A DNA stretch of 31,814 nucleotides from Pyrinomonadaceae bacterium (GTDB lineage: Bacteria > Acidobacteriota > Blastocatellia > Pyrinomonadales > Pyrinomonadaceae): NCBI GenBank assembly GCA_039934315.1, contig JBDTMK010000001.1, forward strand, positions 1 to 31,814, written 5' to 3'. A program made the translations under genes and the position numbers. The notes under the pieces were generated by a model. It was not told where the DNA came from. It did no database searches and saw only the letters and a list, made by a program, of their open reading frames with translations. This document shows positions 1 to 9,013 of this stretch, piece by piece (within the stretch, counting starts at the first letter, position 1; each line of letters starts with the position of its first letter).

Positions 1-30
1 AAGACTGCGGCCCGGGATATGTACGAGGCG

Positions 31-267
31 GGTCTTTCTTTTCGTGTAATTCGTGTGTTTTGTGGTTCGCTTTGTTCGTGTTCTTTGGTATGGGTTCGTG
101 GTTTCAGTTCTTACGAAAGATAACCACGAAATCACACGAAAGGACATGAACAAGAAAGATGCACGAAACGGGAAAGGCTCGAAAATCCACCTATGACTTT
201 GTCGCTTCGCGGGTGTATCGAAGAAAAGCTGAAATCACTATACACACGAATAACACGAAATAAGACC
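31..267. repeat. Nested inverted-repeat (REP/BIME-like) element built from CACGAAA-type units
   Basis: 31-58 (ggtctttcttttcgtgtaattcgtgtgt) is nearly the reverse complement of 242-267 (acacacgaataacacgaaataagacc). An inner pair ttcgtggtt / aaccacgaa lies around 95-130. Confidence 0.8.
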
Positions 268-377
268 TAACTGCGGTGTCTGCGGCGCGCGAACTCCCGT
301 CGTTCTTAAGTAGGGAGTCTTTTTGTTGCGCTGTTCACTGTGCGACCGGCCATTATTTTTGTTATTTTTATACCCGT

Positions 378-1538
378 ATGTCCGAAGCAAAAGTTAAGAA
401 GATCAAGCCCGACATTCGGGCGATAACCCGGCTCGTTCCACCGAGCGGCAACCTAGTACAAGGTCAATCAGAACTTCCCATCGATCCGCAATTGGCGAAA
501 GAGGCCGCTGAAATAATCGCGGCGAGCCAGAACCATTACGGGGGCAGCGAAGGTGATGCGAATCTCCGGTCGGCGGTAGCCGAAAAGATCAAAAGGTATA
601 ACGGGATCGAGATCGACGTTAATGCTAAGCCGCTACAGCTGATGATCACAACCGGCGGCACGGGAGCGTTGATCGGCCTGACCCAAAGCTATCTGCGTGG
701 GAAATCAGCGCTGGTTTTCGAGCCTTACTATCCGTATCACCGCCGCATACTCGAGGAGTTTGGCGCAAAGACCGAGTCGTTCGCGTTGGATGAAAAGCTG
801 ACGTTCGAAAAAGATGCTCTGCTTGCGCGGTGCAAGGAGCTCATCAGCCGAAACGAATTTCCTTTGAAAGCGATCATCGTCTGCTCACCCGCAAACCCGA
901 GTGGAAAAGTGATGACGCAAACCGAGCTCGAAGCCGTTGCCGATGTTGCGCAGGAGCTTGATCTGCTCGTGATCTCGGACGAGGTTTACGAACATTACGT
1001 CACGGGTGAGAATCCGCATACTCCCATCGCGACGCTTCCCGGGATGTGGGACCGGACGATCACAGTAAATTCTTTCTCTAAGTCGTGGAATATCTCTGGC
1101 TGGCGTCTCGGATATGCTTATGGGAAGGGCGAGTTGATCGCTCCGATCAACAACGCTGCCAACGTCATTTACGTTTGTCCCGCCACGCCGCTGCAGGCTG
1201 CGTTGTCGCGAGTGTTAATGCGAGATGAGGCGTACTATCCCGAACTCCGCGACAAGTTCGACGCAAAGCGGCGGAGCTTCGGTGAGGGGATTAGCGATCT
1301 CGGTTTCGACATTTACGATTCAGGTTCCGCGTTTTACCTCTGGGCAAAGATCCCGCCGGACTTCACCGACGCTCTTACATTCAATGAAATGCTGATGGAA
1401 AAAGCCGGCGTGGGAATGACGCCCGGCAGCGCATTCGCCGACAACGACATGTGGGACGCTCACGTCCGGATCTGTATCGCACGGGAAGACTCGATTCTCG
1501 AAGGTGCTTTGGAGAAGCTTAAAACGGTTCTTGGTTAG
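378..1538 (+). CDS. PLP-dependent aminotransferase, class I/II
   Basis: Motifs SPANPSG, ISDEVYE and SFSKSWNISGWRLG (PLP lysine). ATG 378 is preferred over the GTG 276 extension, which looks non-coding. Confidence 0.9.
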   Translation: MSEAKVKKIKPDIRAITRLVPPSGNLVQGQSELPIDPQLAKEAAEIIAASQNHYGGSEGDANLRSAVAEKIKRYNGIEIDVNAKPLQLMITTGGTGALIGLTQSYLRGKSALVFEPYYPYHRRILEEFGAKTESFALDEKLTFEKDALLARCKELISRNEFPLKAIIVCSPANPSGKVMTQTELEAVADVAQELDLLVISDEVYEHYVTGENPHTPIATLPGMWDRTITVNSFSKSWNISGWRLGYAYGKGELIAPINNAANVIYVCPATPLQAALSRVLMRDEAYYPELRDKFDAKRRSFGEGISDLGFDIYDSGSAFYLWAKIPPDFTDALTFNEMLMEKAGVGMTPGSAFADNDMWDAHVRICIAREDSILEGALEKLKTVLG

Positions 1539-1548
1539 ACACGATCTA

Positions 1549-2598
1549 TCAAAAACACGTATTTGCGATAGTGATGAATTTGGTGCTTTCACGGAAACCG
1601 TAGTCCATGCCATACCAGCGGCTCAACTCACGGCTGTAATTCGCGTATTCCAGCTTTGTTCTACCCGGGGATAACGACCGCCACTGCCGGCAGCTTTGCT
1701 TTTTCACGATGCCGCGTATCGAGGATCGTAAACCCGGGATAAAAAGGGACGGATTAAGAGCCTCGTTCAAATGATCTGAAATGAACGGTCTGAGTAGCAT
1801 ATCGCGGGACGCTTCAATGAATTTCCATTGACCGTCCGTCAATGCAACTGTCGGGATCCGGACGACGTCGCCGAAGCGGATAGTTTCTGTCAGACCTCTG
1901 TAAAACATGATTCCCGCATAATTTGCGGCCAGGTCAGCGTTCGAAAAAACACCGCTCACAAAGGTTCCGAAGTACGTCTTCTCTGAAGAGACCCCATTCT
2001 TTACGGCCTTTCGCTCGGCCGCCGCGTCCGTCTCTCCTTTCCCCAGAGCTTCGTTGCGGATCCTGTAATATTCGAACCCCTGCTGAAAAATATGCGCGAT
2101 CTTATCAGTGCCGAAGCTCGACCCGTACATGTTGACCGTCGGGCTGATCGTTAAGTAATTCGTCGGGACCCACACAAAGATCGACCGCCCATAGCCGGTC
2201 TGGTACCTTGCCGGTTGGGATCGGAAATTGTGCGAATTCAACCAAGTTTGCGATCGTGTGAACGGAATTATCCCGTCGCCCAGACGTTTGAAAACCTCTC
2301 GCGCCACAGCCTCGTCAGAGCGAAGGTATGCAAGCTGCTTGCTCTCGCGTTCCGGCGAACCGCAATCACCCGAGCGCGTTGAGCCGTTCACACAAAGTTG
2401 CCGTACGGCGATCTCGGCGTTTATTTTTCCGATCGCGATGCGGATATTGTCTTCCACATACTCGGACACCTCGTCGCCGATGTCCGCCAACGGCACCGGT
2501 GGCAGGTTGTACTGGTCAGTTTCGAAGGCGTGCAGCGAACTGTAGTTCGCTAGCAGCGAAAACAGCAGACAAACTCCGAATATCTTGCGGAGATTCAT
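1549..2598 (-). CDS. Secreted hypothetical protein
   Basis: 349-aa ORF with an N-terminal signal peptide (MNLRKIFGVCLLFSLLANYSSLHA). No family recognised with certainty. Confidence 0.75.
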   Translation of the reverse strand: MNLRKIFGVCLLFSLLANYSSLHAFETDQYNLPPVPLADIGDEVSEYVEDNIRIAIGKINAEIAVRQLCVNGSTRSGDCGSPERESKQLAYLRSDEAVAREVFKRLGDGIIPFTRSQTWLNSHNFRSQPARYQTGYGRSIFVWVPTNYLTISPTVNMYGSSFGTDKIAHIFQQGFEYYRIRNEALGKGETDAAAERKAVKNGVSSEKTYFGTFVSGVFSNADLAANYAGIMFYRGLTETIRFGDVVRIPTVALTDGQWKFIEASRDMLLRPFISDHLNEALNPSLFIPGLRSSIRGIVKKQSCRQWRSLSPGRTKLEYANYSRELSRWYGMDYGFRESTKFITIANTCF

Positions 2599-2715
2599 AC
2601 TTTAATTCGAAACGGGTTGAGATTGACCCGGTAAGATGCTAACACTAAAACAATGCCGCGCCGCACGTTGGTCGGGCGGCGCCGGCACATATCACGCGAT
2701 CGGATAATCTCAACA

Positions 2716-4131
2716 ATGCATTATCACCTCATCGGAATTTGCGGGACCGCAATGGCGTCGCTCGCGGGAATGCTGCAGGCTCGCGGGCATCGCGTCACGG
2801 GCTCGGACCAGAACGTCTATCCGCCGATGTCGACGCAGCTTGGAGCGCTCGGCATCGAGATCCTCAACGGCTACAAGAGCGAAAATGCGGACATCGGAGC
2901 TGACTGCGTTGTTGTGGGAAATGCCATAAGCCGCGGCAATCCGGAGCTCGAGGAAATCCTAAACCGCAAGATGCTTTATCGATCCCAGGCGGAGATCGTA
3001 AAAGAAGAATTCATTCGCGGCCGGAGGTCGCTGGTGGTCGCAGGAACGCACGGAAAGACGACAACGACAAGCATCGCGACATGGATTTGCGAAGTCGGCG
3101 GCCTTGATCCGAGCTTCCTCGTTGGTGGCGTAGTGCAGAATTTCGGCGCCAGCTTTCGTGTGACGGAAGGTCAGCACTTCGTTATCGAGGGCGACGAATA
3201 TGACACAGCGTATTTCGACAAGAAGCCGAAATTCATGCACTACTTGCCCGAGATCGCGATCGTAAATAACGTCGAGTTCGATCATGCGGATATTTACCGC
3301 GACCTGCAGGAGATAAAGTTTCAATTTTCCCGTTTGATGAATCTCGTTCCGGGAAACGGAACGCTTATTGTCGGGATCGACTCGCCTGTCGCGAAAGAAG
3401 TCGTGGACGAAATGCAGGGCAAGCTGTTCACAACAGTCGAGACTTTCGGATTGTCCGACGATGCGAAGTGGCAGGCGCGTTACATTGACTTCTCCGGCGA
3501 CACGACGCGCTTCACAGTTTTTCGAGACGGCGTAAGTTGGAGCGAGTTCGAAACGCATCTGATCGGTGAGTTCAATGTGCGGAACTGTCTTGCCGTGATC
3601 ATCGCTGCCGATGCGTGGGGAATCTCAAAGGAAAAGATCCAGGAGGCGTTTCATTCATTCAAATCTGTAAAGAGACGTGTCGAGGTGCGTGGTGAAATTG
3701 GCGGCGTGACCGTCATCGACGATTTTGCGCATCATCCGACGGCGGTGGAAGAAACGCTGAAAGCCCTTCGCATGAAATACGAGGGCCGACGGCTCATCGC
3801 CGTCTTCGAACCGCGCTCGTGGTCGTCACGCCTCGCGATATTTCAGGAACCTTACGGCAAAGCCTTTTCATACGCCGACTATGTCATCATCGCCGGCGTT
3901 TATAATACTTCGGGGGCGAGCGAGCTTGGCAAAGTCCTCGACACGGAGAGCCTGGTTAAAGACATCGAGCTGCAAGGCAAACCCGCGATGAGTTTTCCGG
4001 ACGCCGATGCGATCGTCGAGCATCTTCACCCCGAGCTCAAGCGGGGCGATGTCGTGGCCATCATGTCGAACGGCGGATTCGGCGGCATCCATGACAAGAT
4101 TCTCGGCGTGTTAGAAGCCCGCCAGAGCTAG
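2716..4131 (+). CDS. mpl: UDP-N-acetylmuramate:L-alanyl-gamma-D-glutamyl-meso-diaminopimelate ligase (murein peptide ligase)
   Basis: HYHLIGICGTAMASLA N-terminus, GTHGKTTT P-loop, EGDEYDTAYFDK, DDFAHHPTA. Start at ATG 2716. Confidence 0.92.
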   Translation: MHYHLIGICGTAMASLAGMLQARGHRVTGSDQNVYPPMSTQLGALGIEILNGYKSENADIGADCVVVGNAISRGNPELEEILNRKMLYRSQAEIVKEEFIRGRRSLVVAGTHGKTTTTSIATWICEVGGLDPSFLVGGVVQNFGASFRVTEGQHFVIEGDEYDTAYFDKKPKFMHYLPEIAIVNNVEFDHADIYRDLQEIKFQFSRLMNLVPGNGTLIVGIDSPVAKEVVDEMQGKLFTTVETFGLSDDAKWQARYIDFSGDTTRFTVFRDGVSWSEFETHLIGEFNVRNCLAVIIAADAWGISKEKIQEAFHSFKSVKRRVEVRGEIGGVTVIDDFAHHPTAVEETLKALRMKYEGRRLIAVFEPRSWSSRLAIFQEPYGKAFSYADYVIIAGVYNTSGASELGKVLDTESLVKDIELQGKPAMSFPDADAIVEHLHPELKRGDVVAIMSNGGFGGIHDKILGVLEARQS

Positions 4132-4143
4132 GGGATAAAGAGA

Positions 4144-4221
4144 GACGCGGAGAAAAGAGAGATGCGACTTTGCGCGGAGACATCGATCTCCGCGTCACCG
4201 CGTGTCTCTTTTCTCCGCGTC
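4144..4221. repeat. Palindromic REP-like element (GACGCGGA unit) between convergent mpl and dacB; probably also a terminator
   Basis: Perfect 17-bp inverted repeat 4144-4160 / 4205-4221 enclosing an 8-bp hairpin 4173-4180 / 4187-4194. Confidence 0.85.
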
Positions 4222-4226
4222 GCGTT

Positions 4227-5810
4227 TCAATCAACCCGCCCGTCAAAATTTGCGAGGTTTACAACGATCTCGTCCATCGCCGCCGTTCGCGTCGAACCTT
4301 CGTTTACGCCGTTGACGACCATCGAGAACGCGAGCTCTTCCCCTGCCGCTGTTTTCACGTAACCAGATAGTGCCGAGACCTGATCGATCGTTCCTGTTTT
4401 CCCGCGAACATTTCCTGCGGCGCGGGTATTTTTAAAACGATTCCGCAACGTGCCATCGACTCCGCCGATCGTCAAACTATCGCGCCATGCCTGCGAGACT
4501 CTGCTTCGCTTACCCATGTAGCTGTAAAGCTGGACGACAGCCGCCGGAGTTATTAAATTGTGTCTCGACAACCCGCTTCCGTCGTGCTGAATGATCCCGT
4601 CCGGAGCGACGCCGATCTCCGTCAGAAATCTTTTCACCTCGGAGAGGCCGAGCTCTGCACTATCACCACCACAGTTGGAGGGTGCTCCGCCAGGTAGTGT
4701 GAAGCAACTTACGTTAGCCCGCCTGTTCTCGCCCAGCGCCCACAGCAGTGTTTCCGTGTACATGTTCTGACTCGGCTTCATCGTCTTCTGTGCTATCAAA
4801 CTCAACGGCGGCGATTCAAGTTTTGCAATCTCCACCGAAGTGTCGGGGGATTCGGTTAAGGGTCTCGAATTGATCGCACGCGTCTGGCCAGTGACCGTTA
4901 TCCCCTTTGCAGCAAGACGCTCCCTTAACAGGGCGACAAACAATTCGGCCGGGCGTGAGACTGTCACTGAACCGTTGAATCCCGCATTTCCAACCGGCAA
5001 TGAGCCGCTGATCTCTAAAATGTTTCGATCGATCTTCTTCTCGATCTTCAACGTTCGAAATGTTCCGGCGGTCGAGGTTGTGCATTGGTTAACGACCCGC
5101 ACGACAAGGTTGTAAGGCGAGACTTTTACGGCACACGGATAACCTACCGGCCCTGGCGTAACGCTCAGATCGATCGCGTTATCGTTGAGCGGGAGAGCCG
5201 AGATCTCTGCTCCGTAATCCCACTGCAGATCGTCCCATTCCCACTCGCCCGGTACCGGAGTGCCCTTAAAAAAGGTCTCGTCAGCGATGAGATCGCCTTC
5301 GACCCGCTTCACGCCGGCTGCCGAGATCTTGTCAGCCAGATCATCCAGACCTTTGTAATAATTGCCCTCGGAAAAAGCGGTTGAGATCGAAACGTCACCG
5401 CGTCCAACGATGCGAAGGTTGCCTTTAACAACCCCCGTCGGATCCGGCCGCGCCGCATAGACGCTCGTAACAAACCGGAAATCCGATCCAAGTCTTTCGA
5501 GGGCCGTAGCGACGGTAAAGTTCTTCATGTTGGACGCGGGCATGAAGTATTTTTCCGCATTTTGTTCAAAAATCACCTTCCCGGTATTTAGCGAAACGAT
5601 CTTGACTCCGACTTGCCCGCGCTGAAGTTCGGGTGCGAGCAGCCTTCCGCGAATCCTCGATTGCAGATCTGCAAGCGACTGGCGGGAGTTCGGCACGATC
5701 ACCGGCGAGGGCTGCGAAATTGGAGTTGGTGTGGGGATCGGCGTCTGCCCCGAGGATGCAAATGCGAATACCGTCGAGAGTACAAAGAGGCTCAGGATTG
5801 TTTCTTTCAT
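4227..5810 (-). CDS. dacB: D-alanyl-D-alanine carboxypeptidase/endopeptidase (PBP4, peptidase S13)
   Basis: Signal peptide; PASNMK (SxxK), SQN (SxN) and KTG motifs; DGSGLSRHN. Confidence 0.92.
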   Translation of the reverse strand: MKETILSLFVLSTVFAFASSGQTPIPTPTPISQPSPVIVPNSRQSLADLQSRIRGRLLAPELQRGQVGVKIVSLNTGKVIFEQNAEKYFMPASNMKNFTVATALERLGSDFRFVTSVYAARPDPTGVVKGNLRIVGRGDVSISTAFSEGNYYKGLDDLADKISAAGVKRVEGDLIADETFFKGTPVPGEWEWDDLQWDYGAEISALPLNDNAIDLSVTPGPVGYPCAVKVSPYNLVVRVVNQCTTSTAGTFRTLKIEKKIDRNILEISGSLPVGNAGFNGSVTVSRPAELFVALLRERLAAKGITVTGQTRAINSRPLTESPDTSVEIAKLESPPLSLIAQKTMKPSQNMYTETLLWALGENRRANVSCFTLPGGAPSNCGGDSAELGLSEVKRFLTEIGVAPDGIIQHDGSGLSRHNLITPAAVVQLYSYMGKRSRVSQAWRDSLTIGGVDGTLRNRFKNTRAAGNVRGKTGTIDQVSALSGYVKTAAGEELAFSMVVNGVNEGSTRTAAMDEIVVNLANFDGRVD

Positions 5811-5952
5811 CGCGTCGATTCTACCGAAAACTCAGATGTACTAAAAGCTGAACCCGGTCGCTCGTTGTTGAGGATGCGCGTAACAGAATGATAAACTCGT
5901 TGAGTTTTTGTAACCACGTCTTTATTTCGTATTGAATTCTTAAAACCCGCTG

Positions 5953-8790
5953 ATGAATTTCACGTTGTCCTTGCGACGCATAAAGTTCGTAATTGTCGTG
6001 GCTTTTGCCTTCGCTATTTTCTGCGTGTGCTTTTACCGTCCTTTGGGGGTCGTTAACGGAAAGGCAGCGGGTGATTCGTTGAGCTCGCCGAGCGGGCTTA
6101 CTGCTTCGGACGCGGACTATGCGACGAAAGTGGGCGTGCATTGGCAGCCGGTACGCGGGGCGATCGTCTACCGGATCTTTCGAAACACCGCGAACGATAG
6201 TTCATCGGCAGTTGACGTTGGAACAACTCCGGCAAATTATTTCTTTGACAGCGCAGCGACGGCGGGGCAGCAATATTTTTATTGGGTGCGGGCCGAATCC
6301 GCGCAGACCAATAGTGGGTTTAGCAATTCCGATCAGGGAATCCGCGCCGTGGGCGACAACAATCCGGGACCTCCTTTCCCGCCCCTTCAGCCGCCGATCG
6401 TCCCATCCGGCAATCAGATCACCGCTGCGAAAGCTTACCTCGGCAAAACTCTTTTCTGGGACGAGCAGCTCTCGTCAACGAAAACAGTTTCCTGCGGGAC
6501 GTGCCATCGCCCTTCGCACGGCGGTTCGGATCCGCGGACGTCTGTGGCGACACGCAATCCCGGATTCGACGGAACGTTCGCGACGCCCGACGACATTTTT
6601 GGATCGCCCGGCGTGCCGGTGAATTACTCTGACGGTAACTACGGATTGTCCGGCATTTTCGGCATGGGCCTTCAAGTCACCGGCCGCAAGGCTCCTTCGT
6701 ATTTGAATGCGGGTTATTCAGATCTCGGACTCTTCTGGGACGGTCGTGCGAATGACGTGTTCCGCGACCCGATAACGAATACCGTTATTCTCGGAACGAA
6801 CGGATCATTGGAAAGCCAGTCGATCTTTCCGCCGATCTCGGACGCGGAGATGGGACATAGCGGCCGTGATTGGCCGCAGGTTGCAGCTCGAGTATCGGCC
6901 TCCAAGCCCCTGGTACTCGCGCAAAACATTCCCGCAGGGCTGATGGCGTGGATCGACGGCCGCACTTACGCCGAGCTTTTCGAAGAAGCTTTCGGATCGC
7001 CCGGGATCACACCGGCCCGCATCGCCATGGCGATCGGCACACATGAGCGAACTCTCATTTCCGATAGAACCCCGCTCGACAGATACTCCGCCAATATTGG
7101 GACGCTCACGGTCCAGGAAGAGGATGGACGCGATTTGTTCCTTGCGCTGCAATGCAATTTTTGTCACGGCGGCCCGCTGATGAGCGATCAATCTTTTAAT
7201 AACGTCGGCGTCCGTCCGCAGATCGAGGATCGCGGCCGCGGCGCGATCACCGGTTTTCCGGTCGACGACGCGCGATTCAAGACGCCCAGTCTGCGAAACC
7301 TGGAACTTCGGGCGCCTTACATGCACAACGGCCGCTTTGCGACGGTTGAAGACGTAGTGGAGTTCTACAATCGCGGCGGCGATTTTGACGCACCCAATAT
7401 CGATCACACTCGAATTCGTGCGCGAAACCTGACCGCTCAGCAAAAGACCGATCTGGCCGCATTTATGAAGCGCCCGCTGACCGACGAGCGGGTGAAGTTC
7501 GAGCTGCCGCCGTTTGATCGTCCACAACTTTTTACAGAATCGAATCGCGTGCCTGTTGTTTCGGGCAGTGGCCGTTCCGGGTCCGGCGCGTTCGAACCGA
7601 ATCCGATCGCGATCGAGCCGCCCATGGTTGGCAATCCTAGTTTTACAGTGGGCGTTTCAAATGCGCTTGGCGGAGCTCCGGCCGTTGTCGTTATCGACTC
7701 GGCCGATCCGAGTGTGGGTGCGAGCATCCCTGGCTCGGGTTCTTTTGCCCGCATCAGCGTCAACCTGGCCGGCGGTGGATTCGGCAATGGATACGGATCG
7801 GCGAATCTGTCGATCCCCAATAACCCGGCGTTGGTCGGTCAGACATTTTACGGCCGATGGTATGTCACGGACGCGGGCGCGACAAACGGCTTTTCCGTCT
7901 CGCGCGTTTTTCAATTCACGATCTTTGGCAACGCGGCCGTCCAGCATGCTGTGCCTTTCGATTTTGATGGCGACCGCAAAACCGACATCGGAATCTTCCG
8001 TCCTGCAGGCGCCGCTTCCGAATGGTGGGTGAATCGAAGCGGCAATGGCCAGACGTTCGCTCTTCAGTTCGGAGCATCGACTGACAAGATCACTCCGGCC
8101 GATTACACCGGCGACGGGAAGGCCGATATCGCGTTCTTCCGTCCTGCATCGGGCGAATGGTATGTCCTGCGGTCCGAAGACTTCTCCTTCTTCGCTCTTC
8201 CTTTCGGGACCAACGGCGACGTGCCAGTAACGGCCGATTATGACGCTGACGGGAAGGCAGACTTCGCCGTTTTTAGACCGTCGTCATCGACGTGGTTCCT
8301 CTCACAATCCGCCGGCGCTCCGACCCGAATCCTTCAGTTCGGAATAGCCGGTGATCAACCCGTCGTGGCCGATTACGATGGCGATGGAATGGCGGATGTC
8401 GGGATCTTTCGTCAGGCCCAGGGCGGAGCTGAGTGGTGGATCAATCGGAGCACTGCAGGATCACTTGCGATGCAGTTCGGGGCGAACACGGATAAACCCG
8501 TGCAGGGCGATTACACAGGTGACGGTAAATCGGACGTCGCAATTTGGCGACCGGCGAGCGGTGAGTGGTTCATCGTGCGAAGTGAAGATTCTTCTTTCTA
8601 CGGATTCCCGTTCGGCACGAACGGCGACGTGCCCGCTCCCGGCGATTATGATGGGGACGGGAAGTTCGACGCGGCCGTGTTCCGGCCATCCAACTCAACC
8701 TGGTTCATTGGACGGACGACCGCGGGAACGCAGATCGTGCAGTTCGGCGCGACGGGCGACAGGCCGATACCGAATGCGTTCGTGCCTTGA
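5953..8790 (+). CDS. Secreted di-heme cytochrome c peroxidase/MauG-family protein with an N-terminal FN3-like domain and a C-terminal FG-GAP cassette
   Basis: Two CxxCH motifs (CGTCH, CNFCH), FWDGRA, FKTPSLRN, PYMHNG; six DxxGDxKxD-like repeats at the C-terminus. Confidence 0.85.
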   Translation: MNFTLSLRRIKFVIVVAFAFAIFCVCFYRPLGVVNGKAAGDSLSSPSGLTASDADYATKVGVHWQPVRGAIVYRIFRNTANDSSSAVDVGTTPANYFFDSAATAGQQYFYWVRAESAQTNSGFSNSDQGIRAVGDNNPGPPFPPLQPPIVPSGNQITAAKAYLGKTLFWDEQLSSTKTVSCGTCHRPSHGGSDPRTSVATRNPGFDGTFATPDDIFGSPGVPVNYSDGNYGLSGIFGMGLQVTGRKAPSYLNAGYSDLGLFWDGRANDVFRDPITNTVILGTNGSLESQSIFPPISDAEMGHSGRDWPQVAARVSASKPLVLAQNIPAGLMAWIDGRTYAELFEEAFGSPGITPARIAMAIGTHERTLISDRTPLDRYSANIGTLTVQEEDGRDLFLALQCNFCHGGPLMSDQSFNNVGVRPQIEDRGRGAITGFPVDDARFKTPSLRNLELRAPYMHNGRFATVEDVVEFYNRGGDFDAPNIDHTRIRARNLTAQQKTDLAAFMKRPLTDERVKFELPPFDRPQLFTESNRVPVVSGSGRSGSGAFEPNPIAIEPPMVGNPSFTVGVSNALGGAPAVVVIDSADPSVGASIPGSGSFARISVNLAGGGFGNGYGSANLSIPNNPALVGQTFYGRWYVTDAGATNGFSVSRVFQFTIFGNAAVQHAVPFDFDGDRKTDIGIFRPAGAASEWWVNRSGNGQTFALQFGASTDKITPADYTGDGKADIAFFRPASGEWYVLRSEDFSFFALPFGTNGDVPVTADYDADGKADFAVFRPSSSTWFLSQSAGAPTRILQFGIAGDQPVVADYDGDGMADVGIFRQAQGGAEWWINRSTAGSLAMQFGANTDKPVQGDYTGDGKSDVAIWRPASGEWFIVRSEDSSFYGFPFGTNGDVPAPGDYDGDGKFDAAVFRPSNSTWFIGRTTAGTQIVQFGATGDRPIPNAFVP
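7951..8790 (+). repeat. FG-GAP-like C-terminal cassette, copy 1
   Basis: 840 nt, collinear with 11462-12301. About 31 amino-acid differences over 279 aa by manual count. Confidence 0.9.
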
Positions 8791-9013
8791 TTCGAAAGCC
8801 TGTTAAGAGTGAACTGGGACTGACAACTTGTTGCGCGGCTTGAGCCTACACCTATCATCTCGCTCGGTGAAATCATTGCAATAAACTGCAACACCGACTA
8901 TAGTTTTCGTCAGTTTCAATCAAGCTAATCACAAAATCTTTATACCGTTTTAAGTCAAACTGCCGCACGCGGTCCGGCTGTAAACGCACCGAATATTTAA
9001 CGGAGGTCCTTGC

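Noticed and set aside
31-267. CRISPR array
   Set aside because: No constant-length identical repeats with unique spacers and no cas genes. The repeats are degenerate and inverted.
6805-7527. Long antisense or alternative-frame ORFs (also 2959-3558, 11373-12791, 20497-21165, 29204-30028)
   Set aside because: Shadow ORFs of GC-rich genes, with no recognisable motifs and fully overlapping well-supported CDSs.
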